A stretch of DNA of 64,000 bases. Origin: Opitutales bacterium. GTDB taxonomy: Bacteria > Verrucomicrobiota > Verrucomicrobiia > Opitutales > Seribacteraceae. Under the pieces are notes generated by a model. It was not told where the DNA came from and made no database searches. It saw only the letters and a list, made by a program, of their open reading frames with translations. A program made the translations under genes and the position numbers. The stretch covers positions 1,138 to 65,137 of the forward strand of contig CBFIFQ010000001.1 in assembly GCA_965661905.1 (NCBI GenBank), written 5' to 3'. Of the stretch, positions 27,099-37,519 are shown one piece after another; the first letter of the stretch is position 1; each line of letters starts with the position of its first letter.

Positions 27099-28089
27099 TC
27101 AACTTAACTGCGTCTGCAATACTTTCATTTACCTGAAAAGCAACTTGATCGCCTTCCAACCCAACTTCACCTGTGAAGCAGGTTCTGTTTTCAATTCTTA
27201 ATTTCGTTTGTTTGATGAGTGCAGGGTCCATTTCGATTACATCATCAACATCTAAATTGGTTAAATCACGAAGAGAAAGCTCAAAGGCATCCCACTCTGC
27301 TGAAACATGTACGGGAATATTGTCGTAAACCTCATGCCACCTCGGCGGCCTCGGCGCCTTTTTCTCTTCACTTGATGCCGCTGCAAGCAAGCGACTCAGT
27401 ACAGGTTCCATCGTGTAGTAAGGCACTGCAATCCTCATGGGACCGGATACATCGCCAAAGGATGCTTCCATACTCATAATAAGCATCATTGCATCAGAAG
27501 GCGAAGTCTGTAAAAATTTCCCTGTACTTTCAGAACCTATGATACTTGGGGTTAAAGACATCGTGGACTCCCATTGCTTACACCATTCTTGGAGGATGAT
27601 TTGATTGAAATCCTCAACTAGAGCTTTTTCAATATCTGTCAGCCCTCTCTCTTCTGGGTTGGTTGAGCCTCGACCACCAAGTATTCGATCAACAACGGTT
27701 GCAGAAAGGTGAGAATTGACATCCAGCAAGCAGACCCCATTCAGTTCCTGCATTTTGAACATGGTAACACAGGAAGGCGTTTTGATAGACTGAGTGAAAT
27801 TTGAGTAAAGATCAGCAGTCAGGTCTTCCAGTTCAAGGTTAAACTCAATGCGTAAAAACATCGAGAGGTGACCGGCTAAGTAATAGGCGAACTGCTCTGA
27901 TTTTGTGCGCAATTTGCTTAAGTCTGCATCAGATAAAACGATAGGATTTGTAAAATCATATTTTTTACAACTTAAGCCGGAAGATGCCGAGACTTTGGTT
28001 CCGTCATGAAGAAAAATCGGATGACCTGAAGATCCTTCGATTTCTGATAAATCAAAGCTTTCGTCTTCAAAATTTGAATCAGCTGCCAT
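27079..28089 (-). CDS. fliM: flagellar C-ring protein FliM
   Basis: 336 aa, with an acidic N-terminal peptide, a FliM middle domain and a C-terminal SpoA-like segment. It lies between fliL and fliN. Confidence 0.9.
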   Translation of the reverse strand: MAADSNFEDESFDLSEIEGSSGHPIFLHDGTKVSASSGLSCKKYDFTNPIVLSDADLSKLRTKSEQFAYYLAGHLSMFLRIEFNLELEDLTADLYSNFTQSIKTPSCVTMFKMQELNGVCLLDVNSHLSATVVDRILGGRGSTNPEERGLTDIEKALVEDFNQIILQEWCKQWESTMSLTPSIIGSESTGKFLQTSPSDAMMLIMSMEASFGDVSGPMRIAVPYYTMEPVLSRLLAAASSEEKKAPRPPRWHEVYDNIPVHVSAEWDAFELSLRDLTNLDVDDVIEMDPALIKQTKLRIENRTCFTGEVGLEGDQVAFQVNESIADAVKLIGKNHG

Positions 28090-28099
28090 CAGAAATCCT

Positions 28100-28639
28100 T
28101 TACTGGACTACAAACTGAGTGAAATAGATCTGACGGATCAGGTCGCTTTCACCGTCACGATATTTACGAAGAACTGAAGAAAAGCCTTTTTTTAAGTCTA
28201 CCCTAACCCTTTCCTGAAAACCATCCAACTGAGCATCCTCATAGGTGTAAGCCCCCATTATTGCCAGTGCCTTATCCCGAATACGGTGTTCGTTCATTTC
28301 AAGAACTTTTTCAAAATCGCCAGCCAGACCTTCAAGCTTCAACTCAAGATTTATGTACCTAGATTTTATTGGCCCCCCCAGGTTGGTAATTAGAGAAGTC
28401 AGCTCGTAATACTTTTCCTCACCAGATGGTTCCATGTCAAGAGGCTGACCGCCTTCAATGATTTGTGGTTTTATTGTTTCCTCAGGCTTATTCATTTGAA
28501 TAAGAAAAAACATTGCACCGACTGTGAGTGCGGGGGCCAGGACAATGGCAATCAGGGCAGGAACAAGGTTCCCTCCGCTGGGTTTGGTTTCAGTAGAAGG
28601 ATTATTATCGGGTAGTTCGTCTAATTGAGCTGCACACAT
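28100..28639 (-). CDS. fliL: flagellar basal-body-associated protein FliL
   Basis: A single TM segment followed by YYELTSLITNLGGPIKSRYINLELKLE and IYFTQFVVQ. Confidence 0.8.
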   Translation of the reverse strand: MCAAQLDELPDNNPSTETKPSGGNLVPALIAIVLAPALTVGAMFFLIQMNKPEETIKPQIIEGGQPLDMEPSGEEKYYELTSLITNLGGPIKSRYINLELKLEGLAGDFEKVLEMNEHRIRDKALAIMGAYTYEDAQLDGFQERVRVDLKKGFSSVLRKYRDGESDLIRQIYFTQFVVQ

Positions 28640-28663
28640 ATCTAAATAAGTTGAGTGAAAAAG

Positions 28664-29518
28664 CTATCGTTTAAGGTTTACTGCTTCAGTTAAAATGGCA
28701 TCCGAGGTTGTGATGACACGGGATCCTGCCTGAAAGGACCTTTGGTAAGAGATCATAGCAGCGAATTCATTGGTTAAATCCACATTTGATAATTCGAGGG
28801 CATATTGCTTGATCTTGCCATTGGAACCAACGGCAGGGATGGTGTTATCCAAAATACCTGCCAAATTCTGGCCTTCTTGCCCGTTTGAATAAAAACCGTT
28901 ACCCACCCTCCTGAGGTATTGAGGGGACTGGAAGTTTGCGATCTTAAGCTGACCGGATTTCCGAATAATATCTTCACCCTCACGATTTACCACAAGATTA
29001 ACCACACCATCTTCCTCAATCCTCCGGGTAAGAAGGGTCTCTCCATCTTCAAGCCCTACTGTCATCGGTTTCCCGTCAACATCAAGTAATTGGAATCGGT
29101 ATTGATCCCGGGTGACAACAAATCCTTCCACCGTAGATTCGAAAGCACCAGCTCTAGTGTAGAAAAAGTCACCGGTGGTTGGGTCTTGCAATTCGAAAAA
29201 ACCACCAGCATTTGGCAGAGCTTCACCCTGAATTGCGATATCTAAATCCAATCCAGTTACCTCAATAGTGCCTTGGTTAAAGTCTGATGAAAGTGAACTA
29301 ACATGAACACCTGTGCCATGTTGCTGAATATTGTTGCTGGGGACACCATCAGCACCAGACTCTGCATCATTGACATGCATGTAAAAGTTATCAGAAAAAT
29401 TTGCTCGAGATGCCTTGTAGCCAAGTGAATTAACATTGGCGATATTGTTCCCCAATACTTGCAAGCCTTGAGTAAGACTCTTCAAGGAAGAAACGCCGTT
29501 ATGTAGAGAAGGTATCAT
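28664..29518 (-). CDS. flgE: flagellar hook protein FlgE (short, 284 aa)
   Basis: The N-terminus has LGNNIANVNSLGYKASRANF and the C-terminus has LSNVDLTNEFAAMISYQRSFQAGSRVITTSDAIL. It follows flgD. Confidence 0.85.
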   Translation of the reverse strand: MIPSLHNGVSSLKSLTQGLQVLGNNIANVNSLGYKASRANFSDNFYMHVNDAESGADGVPSNNIQQHGTGVHVSSLSSDFNQGTIEVTGLDLDIAIQGEALPNAGGFFELQDPTTGDFFYTRAGAFESTVEGFVVTRDQYRFQLLDVDGKPMTVGLEDGETLLTRRIEEDGVVNLVVNREGEDIIRKSGQLKIANFQSPQYLRRVGNGFYSNGQEGQNLAGILDNTIPAVGSNGKIKQYALELSNVDLTNEFAAMISYQRSFQAGSRVITTSDAILTEAVNLKR

Positions 29519-29521
29519 CTT

Positions 29522-29959
29522 CTAGGATTCACTTGGTAAACTTACCTTGACGATAGAGGATGGATCGTAGTCTTTGCCTTCAACGATCACAGATATTTTT
29601 CCGTCTTCAGATTTTTCTACGGAATTGACCATACCACTCACCTCTTGACCCTGATCTTTAATGAACACCATCTTACCTAGGTAAGCTTGAGCAACCATAT
29701 CTTTCTGTGAGTCAGCAAAAGTCTCAAATCCCTTGGAGAATTGCTCCATTTGCTCAAGGGACGCAATGTTAGCCATCTGCGAAATAAACTCTGTATCCTT
29801 CATCGGTTCTAGTGGATCTTGGTTGCTTATCTGGCTGGTCAAGAGTTGAAGAAAATCCTCCATTTGTAAAGTCGCAGAGCTTTTGGACCCAGTATTCGCC
29901 TCAGGGGCAGTTCTGGGATTGTTAGTTAAAGTCTGGGCAGAGGCAATTGAGTCAATCAT
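29522..29959 (-). CDS. flgD: hook capping/assembly protein FlgD
   Basis: FLQLLTSQISNQDPLEPMKDTEFISQMANIASLEQM is the canonical FlgD motif. Confidence 0.85.
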   Translation of the reverse strand: MIDSIASAQTLTNNPRTAPEANTGSKSSATLQMEDFLQLLTSQISNQDPLEPMKDTEFISQMANIASLEQMEQFSKGFETFADSQKDMVAQAYLGKMVFIKDQGQEVSGMVNSVEKSEDGKISVIVEGKDYDPSSIVKVSLPSES

Positions 29960-29970
29960 TGTAATTAAGG

Positions 29971-30906
29971 TTAAGCGGCTAAGGGATTGAGTGAGTCCAT
30001 CTCTTGGTAGGAACTGTACACAGATATTTTAAGACCATTTATCCCCGAAAGGGAATCTCCGTCGAGAAACGAAAGTTGCTCTTTTGAGCGTAAGTCTGGA
30101 CAAATTAACGACAGGGAAAGATGTGACCCGTCCTTTTGTAGGCGAACTCCAAGCTTCCCGCCACTAGGCAGGTCGAGGGCAAACCTTATAACTTTTCTGT
30201 CAAACTTTGATATGTAAGCAATGCGAGGCGGGATTGCATCTTGAACAAACTGCTTAAGTGCTTTCTGGGCAGTGCTGTGATTCAACGAATCGCTTTTACC
30301 TGAGAAGGCTGCGGCAGTAAGATTCGATTCAGTTGCATTCATGGATGAGTTGACTAAAGCATTTTTTGCGCCACCACCTTTTTTCTTTTTTCCGTGATCT
30401 TTTGATCCAGTATTTTCATGCTCAGAAGGTAGATCTCTTGAAGATTTATCAACAGGTATCTCTTTGGTGGTCTTAGCCTCTTTCGGAGGGACTAGGGTTA
30501 TAGCCCTATCCGGGGCAGATTGTGTCCCCCTATTGGCCACAGGCATAGTGACCATGGAAGGTAATTTTTTGGGTGCAAGTGAATTTTGAGATAGCCATTT
30601 GGAAATTACTGGACTGGCACTTCCTTTGACAGTAACAGGGACATTCTGGTGACTATTTAATTGTGGGGAGTTGGCTGACTTTCCTTTTGCCTTAGGTGAT
30701 GAAGGCAGTTTTGCTTGTACGCTTGGTTGATCAGACGATGAAGGCTTTGATCCATTCGTCTTGGATTGCTTGCGTAAGTTAGACTCAAAGGTTGCATTAA
30801 TTTTGGGCGGAAGCCAAAAAGAACCATTTTTGCCTATCGGTTGGTGGGCCGAATACAAGGAAGTCGAAGAACGAGCAGTGGATGGAATCTGTGAAACTGA
30901 ATCCAT
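29971..30906 (-). CDS. fliK: hook-length control protein FliK-like
   Basis: A Ser/Pro/Lys-rich low-complexity body with a C-terminal domain (FALDLPSGGKLGVRLQKDGSHLSLSLICPD). It sits between the ylxF-like gene and flgD. Confidence 0.55.
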   Translation of the reverse strand: MDSVSQIPSTARSSTSLYSAHQPIGKNGSFWLPPKINATFESNLRKQSKTNGSKPSSSDQPSVQAKLPSSPKAKGKSANSPQLNSHQNVPVTVKGSASPVISKWLSQNSLAPKKLPSMVTMPVANRGTQSAPDRAITLVPPKEAKTTKEIPVDKSSRDLPSEHENTGSKDHGKKKKGGGAKNALVNSSMNATESNLTAAAFSGKSDSLNHSTAQKALKQFVQDAIPPRIAYISKFDRKVIRFALDLPSGGKLGVRLQKDGSHLSLSLICPDLRSKEQLSFLDGDSLSGINGLKISVYSSYQEMDSLNPLAA

Positions 30907-30911
30907 TCTTA

Positions 30912-31580
30912 TTAATTCTGGATGGATACGGGTGCATTCCCGTCTATATCCAAACTAGGCAGTAAGCCCCGGTCCCTCATGGCCAAGGCGTCCGCCAGCT
31001 CAATCATAGCATCATCGTCGCTGTTAAGCATGAATGCAATGATAGGGGCTTTATCCTCAGCTTTTAGAAGCTCAAAAATCGTAAGGGCTTGCTCAAATTT
31101 TCTTTTTTGCCTCCAATTCTGAATCTCAACACTTGCAACTTCTGGCCCCATTTCCACCCATCTTTTTGATGTATCTTTATATTCCTTAAGTTTTTCTTCG
31201 CTTAGGTCTTGTCCCTGTTTTGCCTCGAAATCCGCAAGGCGATCCTCCAAATCTTCCCGGATTTGATTGAGTTCACGCTTCTGTTTTTCAAGAGACTCTA
31301 AATCCATAGAAATCGCAGACTCTCTTGCGTCCAATTCATTTTCTCTTTCAATAAGTCTTTCTTTTAATGCAGCTAACTCCTTAGAAAGTTGATTCATCGA
31401 ATGCGTTTCAGCTGGCGAGTAGCTCGTGTCATCGGCATCAAATTCAACGCTAGTAAACTCCGCCTTAATTATCGGTTTAGGCTTAAATAAAGCATCGTAA
31501 TTGAGTGTAAGCATGATGCCTGCACTTGCCACTGATAAAATGACGGCAGCCACTACAATGAGTGAAGGAGATATTTTCAT
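30912..31580 (-). CDS. membrane-anchored coiled-coil protein (YlxF/MotE-like position)
   Basis: An N-terminal TM segment, a long coiled coil and a C-terminal helical segment. It occupies the ylxF slot between fliJ and fliK. Confidence 0.4.
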   Translation of the reverse strand: MKISPSLIVVAAVILSVASAGIMLTLNYDALFKPKPIIKAEFTSVEFDADDTSYSPAETHSMNQLSKELAALKERLIERENELDARESAISMDLESLEKQKRELNQIREDLEDRLADFEAKQGQDLSEEKLKEYKDTSKRWVEMGPEVASVEIQNWRQKRKFEQALTIFELLKAEDKAPIIAFMLNSDDDAMIELADALAMRDRGLLPSLDIDGNAPVSIQN

Positions 31581-32035
31581 GATAATGGTGGATTTAAGTT
31601 ATATGCGAATCGACTACCAATGATGTCATCGATTTCATTTTCCTCTTTCTTTAGCTGGTTACGCGAATGCTCTGCTTTTTGCATTGTTTTAAGTTTTTCT
31701 AAACTTTTGAACTCGGCATCCGCTTTTAAGAATAAATTTCTTTTCGCTTCTTGGATTTTTTTGGCATTTTGAAGCTCTCCATGTATTTCGATGATTTTGT
31801 TCTTTGATTCAACCACAGTCCGTTGGTGGTTTTGCTCATCTTGCCCGTAAAAATCAGAAGATCGTTTGAATTTTATGTAGTTTTGTAATTCCTTCAGCTG
31901 TTCTTCACGCTCTTGAAGGGATTTGCCTAGTCGGTTAAATTCTTGAATTGATTCCCCGTATGACTTAAGGCTCTGTTCACGGGCCGATTCTCTTAAGTGC
32001 ATCAAGGTTTTGAGCCTAAAATTGAACGCTTTCAT
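31577..32035 (-). CDS. fliJ: flagellar export chaperone/stalk protein FliJ
   Basis: MKAFNFRLKTLMHLRESAREQSL... is a coiled coil of 152 aa, directly after fliI. Confidence 0.7.
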   Translation of the reverse strand: MKAFNFRLKTLMHLRESAREQSLKSYGESIQEFNRLGKSLQEREEQLKELQNYIKFKRSSDFYGQDEQNHQRTVVESKNKIIEIHGELQNAKKIQEAKRNLFLKADAEFKSLEKLKTMQKAEHSRNQLKKEENEIDDIIGSRFAYNLNPPLS

Positions 32036-33354
32036 GTGGAGATTGATTTGAGTAAATTAAAGCTCTCAGTGCGTGGATAAAGTTCATCGTAAGATTGCTT
32101 TAAGAACGATGTGATGGAAGCAAACTTAGCAATGGCTTCATCGATTTTGGGGTTACTATTTTTTACATAAGCCCCAACATTAATAAGGTCTTCGTTTTGC
32201 TTGTAAGTGGAGAGTAAATCGCGAGCTTTGGATATTAATTCAATTTCTTCTTTCGTGCATACCGCTCGATCTAATCTGCTCACACTTTTGAGCACATCAA
32301 CTGCAGGAAAATGGTTGGCATTTGCTAATTGTCTGTCCAGGACAATGTGACCATCAAGAAAGCCCCTGACCGCATCTGCAACAGGCTCATTCATATCATC
32401 TCCTTCAACCAAAACCGTGTATATTGCCGTAATAGAACCTTGATCTGTGGAACCAGTACGCTCAAGGAGTTTAGGAAGAACAGAGAATACCGAGGGGACA
32501 TAACCTCTGCTTGCCGGTGGTTCACCGGATGCCAGTCCGATCTCTCGTTGTGCCATGGCAAAGCGTGTCAAGGAATCCATCAATAATAGGACATTGCGAC
32601 CTTCGTCTCGAAAGCCTTCTGCAATGGCAGTGGCTAGCGTAGAAGCCCTAATTCTCATTGGAGCAGGCTGGTCAGAGGTAGATACTACAATAATGGATTT
32701 GGCCATTCCTTCCGGGCCGAGGTCATTCTCAATAAACTCTTTGAGTTCTCTGCCCCTCTCACCGACCAAAGAGATAACATTTACATCTGACTCAGAACCT
32801 CGACCAATCATACCAAGAAGAACAGACTTCCCTACTCCACTGCCGGAGAAAATACCAACCCTCTGTCCCTTGCCCAGAGGTGTAAAAGTATCAATGGACT
32901 TAATGCCTGTACTGAATGATTCAGATATTAGCTTGCGGTCAAGAGGACCTGGCGGATCTGCGTAAAAACCATCTCTGACATTAGCCAATAAAGGGCCCTT
33001 GTTATCGATCGGTCTCCCCATGCCATCGATCACTCTTCCTAACAATGCATTACCACTTGGGACATTATTGGAATTCTTTTGAGAGATAACATTACACCCT
33101 GGGTGGATAAGGTGGATGCTATCAATGGGCATCAGCAGGACCTTGTTTTCCTGAAAACCAACGACTTGCGCTTCAGTGCTTTCTTGATGCCGGTCAGATG
33201 TAATAGAGCAGACTTGCCCTATACAAACCTCGGGGCCCTCTGATTCAATAATTAAGCCAGTAACTTTTCGGACAGTACCAATTTTGTCATGGGTACGGGC
33301 ACCCTTAACGCCCTTTTCAATCAAGGAAAAGCGCTCATGTAAGGAATCAATCAC
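32032..33354 (-). CDS. fliI: flagellum-specific ATPase FliI
   Basis: Walker A is GIFSGSGVGKSVLLGMI and Walker B is VLLLMDSLTRFA. I place the start at GTG 33354, which overlaps the fliH stop and leaves about 24 aa before IGTVRKVTG. The track start at 33558 would overlap fliH by 212 nt. Confidence 0.9.
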   Translation of the reverse strand: MIDSLHERFSLIEKGVKGARTHDKIGTVRKVTGLIIESEGPEVCIGQVCSITSDRHQESTEAQVVGFQENKVLLMPIDSIHLIHPGCNVISQKNSNNVPSGNALLGRVIDGMGRPIDNKGPLLANVRDGFYADPPGPLDRKLISESFSTGIKSIDTFTPLGKGQRVGIFSGSGVGKSVLLGMIGRGSESDVNVISLVGERGRELKEFIENDLGPEGMAKSIIVVSTSDQPAPMRIRASTLATAIAEGFRDEGRNVLLLMDSLTRFAMAQREIGLASGEPPASRGYVPSVFSVLPKLLERTGSTDQGSITAIYTVLVEGDDMNEPVADAVRGFLDGHIVLDRQLANANHFPAVDVLKSVSRLDRAVCTKEEIELISKARDLLSTYKQNEDLINVGAYVKNSNPKIDEAIAKFASITSFLKQSYDELYPRTESFNLLKSIST

Positions 33355-34057
33355 CTTGAATCTCCTCTTCAAGTCTACGGAGTTTAGTGGCAATCCTGCC
33401 GTCAAGTAAGCCAAACCTGCTTTTGACTTGGCAGTCACCAGATTGTAAGGAAGCGTCTTCAAAAAATTTGACATTCGGATATCCCTCAAGCAAAGCATCA
33501 TCTCCATCAATTCCATCGAATATTCCGGCGATGGCGCTGGCAAACCCCTCATCTTCATCAGAACTAGATGAGGTAGGCTCCTTATCTTTGTCGGAAAGTG
33601 ATTTCAGGAGACCAAGATCGTCCTTAGAGAGAAAAACCTCCAGGCTCTCTTGGTCATCATTAAAATCTTCAATCATGGACTTAACCAACGATTCAATCAT
33701 TTCTGCATCAAGCTGAATACTTCCTAATACGCTTTCAGTTGTATTGACGACAAGCTTGGGTAACCTGGTGTTCAACTCATTAAGCACATCATCTATTTTT
33801 TGCTGAATAGAGGCAAGTAATGCATTTTGGCGGCTTGCGTAATCTTCCCTAAGTTTTTTTATTTCCTTTTGATAATAATCAGATGCTTCTTGCTTCCCCT
33901 GCTCATACGACTTCTTATTATTTTCTGTTACTTCAATAAGAGGGACCGCAGGTTGCTCAACAGAAATTACTGAAAAACCCTGAGGTGGACGAGGGAATGA
34001 AATTGCCTTACTGTACGACAATGTCGCTTCCTCCCGTATCGAGGATAATTTCTTCAT
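33347..34057 (-). CDS. fliH: flagellar export protein FliH
   Basis: The C-terminus is FEDASLQSGDCQVKSRFGLLDGRIATKLRRLEEE, and the gene lies between fliG and fliI. The start is uncertain: ATG 34057, TTG 34021, or the track start 34141, which overlaps fliG by 134 nt. Confidence 0.7.
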   Translation of the reverse strand: MKKLSSIREEATLSYSKAISFPRPPQGFSVISVEQPAVPLIEVTENNKKSYEQGKQEASDYYQKEIKKLREDYASRQNALLASIQQKIDDVLNELNTRLPKLVVNTTESVLGSIQLDAEMIESLVKSMIEDFNDDQESLEVFLSKDDLGLLKSLSDKDKEPTSSSSDEDEGFASAIAGIFDGIDGDDALLEGYPNVKFFEDASLQSGDCQVKSRFGLLDGRIATKLRRLEEEIQGD

Positions 34058-35054
34058 CCTCTTCGAGTTCGCGAACGATTTGAATGACTCGATCTTGTGC
34101 GGACTCAATTTCAGAAAGTCTCTTGGGACCAAGGAAGCCAAGTTGTTCCTCTAATGCTTCGACTGCCCTCTTGGACATTGTTGAGTAAATAACTTTTTTG
34201 AGTTCAGCTGAAGCATTCTTCATGGCAATAACAAGGTCATCTTGGTCAACCTCTTTCGTAATCTTTGAAATGTCACCAGCACTGAGCCTGACAAGGTCCT
34301 CGAAGCGGAACATTCTCTGCCTTATCGATCCACCCAGCTTGGGGTTTCTCTTCTCGATACTTTTAAGTAATTCCTTGCCTTCATCTTTATCAAACCAATT
34401 AAGAAGTTCAGCCGCAGATTTAACTCCACCGGTTTTAACACGGGGAGACTGACCTTTTTTACCCATTCTACTGCCAAGTGTATTTGCCACGACTTCAATT
34501 TGATCCATTGGAGTAGTTTCCATAGCACCCACTCTTTCAATAACTTGCTCCTGAATATTTGGGGGCATCATTTGAAGGACCTCTGAACCTTTGTCAGCAT
34601 CAACATTAGCGAGTACAAAAGCAATGGTTTGAGGCTGCTCGAATCTCAATACATTGTAAATTTGTCCAGGATCCATTTCCTTGATGTCATCCATGAAGTC
34701 AAGGGAATCACGGACAGGGGCGATCCGGTTCATCATATTGTTTGCCTTGTAATCACCATGAGCTAGCTCAAGGGTTTTTTGGGCAAAATTTAGGCCACCA
34801 AGATTGGAATTCACCGATGACTCGATAATTTCCGAGAACTCATCCAGCACGCAATCCTTTAATTCTTGATCAACAATCGCGAAATCACCAATGCGTTTGC
34901 AAATGCTTTCTGAGTCCTTGGAGTCAAATCTTTTCAAGAGAGTCGAAGCAGCATCTTCTCCTAATGCGATCATAAGCAGAGCAAGCTTCTCATGCTTCGA
35001 CATCTTTTTGTAGCGGTCTTCTACGCTTTCTTCTTCTTCTTCGACTTCCTGCAT
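34008..35054 (-). CDS. fliG: flagellar rotor protein FliG
   Basis: LSKHEKLALLMIALGEDAAS at the N-terminus and MSKRAVEALEEQLGFLGPKRLSEIESAQDRVIQIVRELEEDEEI at the C-terminus. Confidence 0.95.
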   Translation of the reverse strand: MQEVEEEEESVEDRYKKMSKHEKLALLMIALGEDAASTLLKRFDSKDSESICKRIGDFAIVDQELKDCVLDEFSEIIESSVNSNLGGLNFAQKTLELAHGDYKANNMMNRIAPVRDSLDFMDDIKEMDPGQIYNVLRFEQPQTIAFVLANVDADKGSEVLQMMPPNIQEQVIERVGAMETTPMDQIEVVANTLGSRMGKKGQSPRVKTGGVKSAAELLNWFDKDEGKELLKSIEKRNPKLGGSIRQRMFRFEDLVRLSAGDISKITKEVDQDDLVIAMKNASAELKKVIYSTMSKRAVEALEEQLGFLGPKRLSEIESAQDRVIQIVRELEEDEEIILDTGGSDIVVQ

Positions 35055-35081
35055 CGCCTCAAGTAAATAGTTTGATAGATA

Positions 35082-36638
35082 TTAAGAAGATCCGGTCTCC
35101 AAGTACTTCCTCAGTGCCGTGCTTACATTATCCGGTTTTTCCTGGATAAGATCGTTAAGAAGTTCAGGAGTAAGACCACTACCTAAGCTTCGGGTGCCAG
35201 CAAGCATTTGCTGATCGTCTTCATCCAAAACTTGAACTTCAGCCTCGCTAGGCTTGAATTTCTTAAGCATTCTAAGGAAAACAAAGAAAATCGCCAGGGC
35301 TAATACAATGCCAAGAAGATTTTTAAGATGGGGACCATAGGTATCAAGAAGGTGCTGAAATTGATTAAGGGTTTCACCAGTTGGGCCCGCGTAGGATGGC
35401 TGAAATTCAACTTCATGGACCGTAACATGAGTCGCTAAATCAGACTGGTCAAAGCGGGCACCGATTGCATTAACAACCGCCCCATGAATGCTATCAATTT
35501 CAGCAGGAGTCCGCGGGGCATCCCCTTTGGCAATAAGCACCGCAGCACTGCGACCGATAATGGCACCAGGCTCTTGTACAGTTTCATTTAAAGTACGACT
35601 AATTTCAAAGTCAGTGGTTTTGGATTCTCTTTTTTCGTCACTCTGAGCCATGATAGGGTCATCGGAAGAAGCGTCCTGACTGACATTAGGAATATTAGCC
35701 CCCATGCCGGTGGCGGTATTTTGCGGTTGTGTTTCTACCGTGGTCGCAGAGTCTTTATCTGTTGTTTGAGTCCGGGGTACTTGCCCATCAGGGTCAAACT
35801 TTTCGTCTAATAACGTGGAAGATTTGGTGTCCAAGTTAACTGAAACTCGAGCGACAACCTTGTCTTTACCAACGATCCGGGCAAGCATGGTTTCTATCTT
35901 TTGCTCAAGCCTTCTTTCTTGTGCCTGATAAGCTTTCATCATCTGACCAGCAACTCCAGCAACGCCATCTGAGTCTGCTTCATCAGAAAGAAGATTTCCC
36001 TGGTTATCCATCACAGCAACATTTGATTTATTGACACCCTTTACAGCTCTGGCCACAAGGAATTGAATGGCGTTAACATTCGGCTTATCTAAGGTATTCC
36101 CGCCAGTATCTACATAGACTGAAGCACTTGGGCGATCATTTGGGTCTTCACTCAAAAGCAAGTTATTTTCAGGCTTTACCACGAAAACCTTTGCGGAGCG
36201 AATTGCATCCATCATCGTAATTGTACGGGCTAACTCACCCTGAATCGCTCGGGTATGATTGGTTCTTTGGACAAAATCACTAATTCCGAAGTTGCCTTCG
36301 TCGAAAATTTCAAAACCCACATCTCCGCTTTTAGGCAAGCCTTTCATCGCAAGTTCCATCCGCATAGCCGCACGCTTCTCTTCGGGAACAAGGATAGTGT
36401 CCCCTGACTCACTATACTCAAAAGGCACTTGATTGCTCTTCAGCACATCTACAACTTCGCCAAGGTCCTTAGCATCTGCACCACTAACAAGCACCCTCAT
36501 ATCTGAGTTGCCACCAGACCAGGATAAAATACCTATACTTAAGCCTATTATGCCAATTAGGGCGGCACTTAAACCCAACTTCCTTGAAGCTGGAAGCTGG
36601 CTCCACAGCTCATTTAATTTTTCAAATCTTTCTTTCAT
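35082..36638 (-). CDS. fliF: flagellar MS-ring protein FliF
   Basis: 518 aa with N- and C-terminal TM segments and a YscJ/FliF-type periplasmic region. It lies between fliE and fliG. Confidence 0.95.
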   Translation of the reverse strand: MKERFEKLNELWSQLPASRKLGLSAALIGIIGLSIGILSWSGGNSDMRVLVSGADAKDLGEVVDVLKSNQVPFEYSESGDTILVPEEKRAAMRMELAMKGLPKSGDVGFEIFDEGNFGISDFVQRTNHTRAIQGELARTITMMDAIRSAKVFVVKPENNLLLSEDPNDRPSASVYVDTGGNTLDKPNVNAIQFLVARAVKGVNKSNVAVMDNQGNLLSDEADSDGVAGVAGQMMKAYQAQERRLEQKIETMLARIVGKDKVVARVSVNLDTKSSTLLDEKFDPDGQVPRTQTTDKDSATTVETQPQNTATGMGANIPNVSQDASSDDPIMAQSDEKRESKTTDFEISRTLNETVQEPGAIIGRSAAVLIAKGDAPRTPAEIDSIHGAVVNAIGARFDQSDLATHVTVHEVEFQPSYAGPTGETLNQFQHLLDTYGPHLKNLLGIVLALAIFFVFLRMLKKFKPSEAEVQVLDEDDQQMLAGTRSLGSGLTPELLNDLIQEKPDNVSTALRKYLETGSS

Positions 36639-36647
36639 TCAATGACC

Positions 36648-37064
36648 CTATACTTGCATTCTCATGAGCTCTTTGTAGGAATCAACAAGCTTATTCCGAA
36701 CTTCGATCATCAGATTGAATGCAACCCCTGCCTCCTGAGATTTAACAACCGCTTCGTGAATGTTGTCAGAACGACCCAGAATTAAATCTTGGGTCTCTTG
36801 CTTGGAAATCTTTTTCTTCTGATCTACCCCTTTGACAAAATCTTCAAACATTTGAGCAAAGCCTGGTGCCGTAACTCTTTCCGTAGAAGATGTTTTATCA
36901 ATCGTAATGGGTTGGACACCATTGGTAAGTGCCTGCCCAGGTATGTTATTGAGCTGAGAAAGCTCAGCATTTTGGGCAAATCGGTTGGCCTGTACATTGG
37001 GTTGAAGATTGGGGTTTTGACTAAGAAGATCAGTCAAACTTGGTAAGCTGGTTATTGCGTCCAT
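36648..37064 (-). CDS. fliE: flagellar hook-basal body protein FliE
   Basis: The C-terminus is HEAVVKSQEAGVAFNLMIEVRNKLVDSYKELMRMQV. Confidence 0.85.
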   Translation of the reverse strand: MDAITSLPSLTDLLSQNPNLQPNVQANRFAQNAELSQLNNIPGQALTNGVQPITIDKTSSTERVTAPGFAQMFEDFVKGVDQKKKISKQETQDLILGRSDNIHEAVVKSQEAGVAFNLMIEVRNKLVDSYKELMRMQV

Positions 37065-37075
37065 AAGAATAAAAA

Positions 37076-37516
37076 TTATTTGCCGATGGCAAGAGCTTGT
37101 TGGGCCATCCTGCGCGAAGTTTTAACCACGGTTAAGTTTGCCTCGTATGCTCTAGAAGCACTAATTAAGTCGATCATTTCCCTGGAAACATCGACATTTG
37201 GCATCTCAACCATACCATCTTCATTGGCGTGAGGATGACCAGGGTTGTAGATCATGCGGCCAGGCGTTTGATCGTCATAGACATCCACAACCCGTACCCC
37301 CTGATAGAGGTTTTCATCCACGTAGCCGGGTGTTCTTCTCTCAGGAGTCTTGATGTATTCCTCAAAGGCGACTTCTTTTCTTTGATAAACATTACCATCG
37401 GCATCTTGTGTGGTATTGGAGTTAGCGATATTTTGGGCAATAATTTCAAGGCGGATTTTTTCGGCTGACAAGGCACTGCCCGTCGACTCAATCCCCGGAA
37501 TGAGATTCATAGTCAT
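37076..37516 (-). CDS. flgC: flagellar rod protein FlgC
   Basis: IAQNIANSNTT and MPNVDVSREMIDLISASRAYEANLTVVKTSRRMAQQAL. Confidence 0.95.
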   Translation of the reverse strand: MTMNLIPGIESTGSALSAEKIRLEIIAQNIANSNTTQDADGNVYQRKEVAFEEYIKTPERRTPGYVDENLYQGVRVVDVYDDQTPGRMIYNPGHPHANEDGMVEMPNVDVSREMIDLISASRAYEANLTVVKTSRRMAQQALAIGK

Positions 37517-37519
37517 AAG

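Noticed and set aside
33355-33558. 68-codon N-terminal extension of the FliI ORF.
   Set aside because: It would overlap the fliH 3' end by 212 nt and is not FliI-like. The GTG at 33354 overlaps the fliH stop and gives a normal-length FliI.
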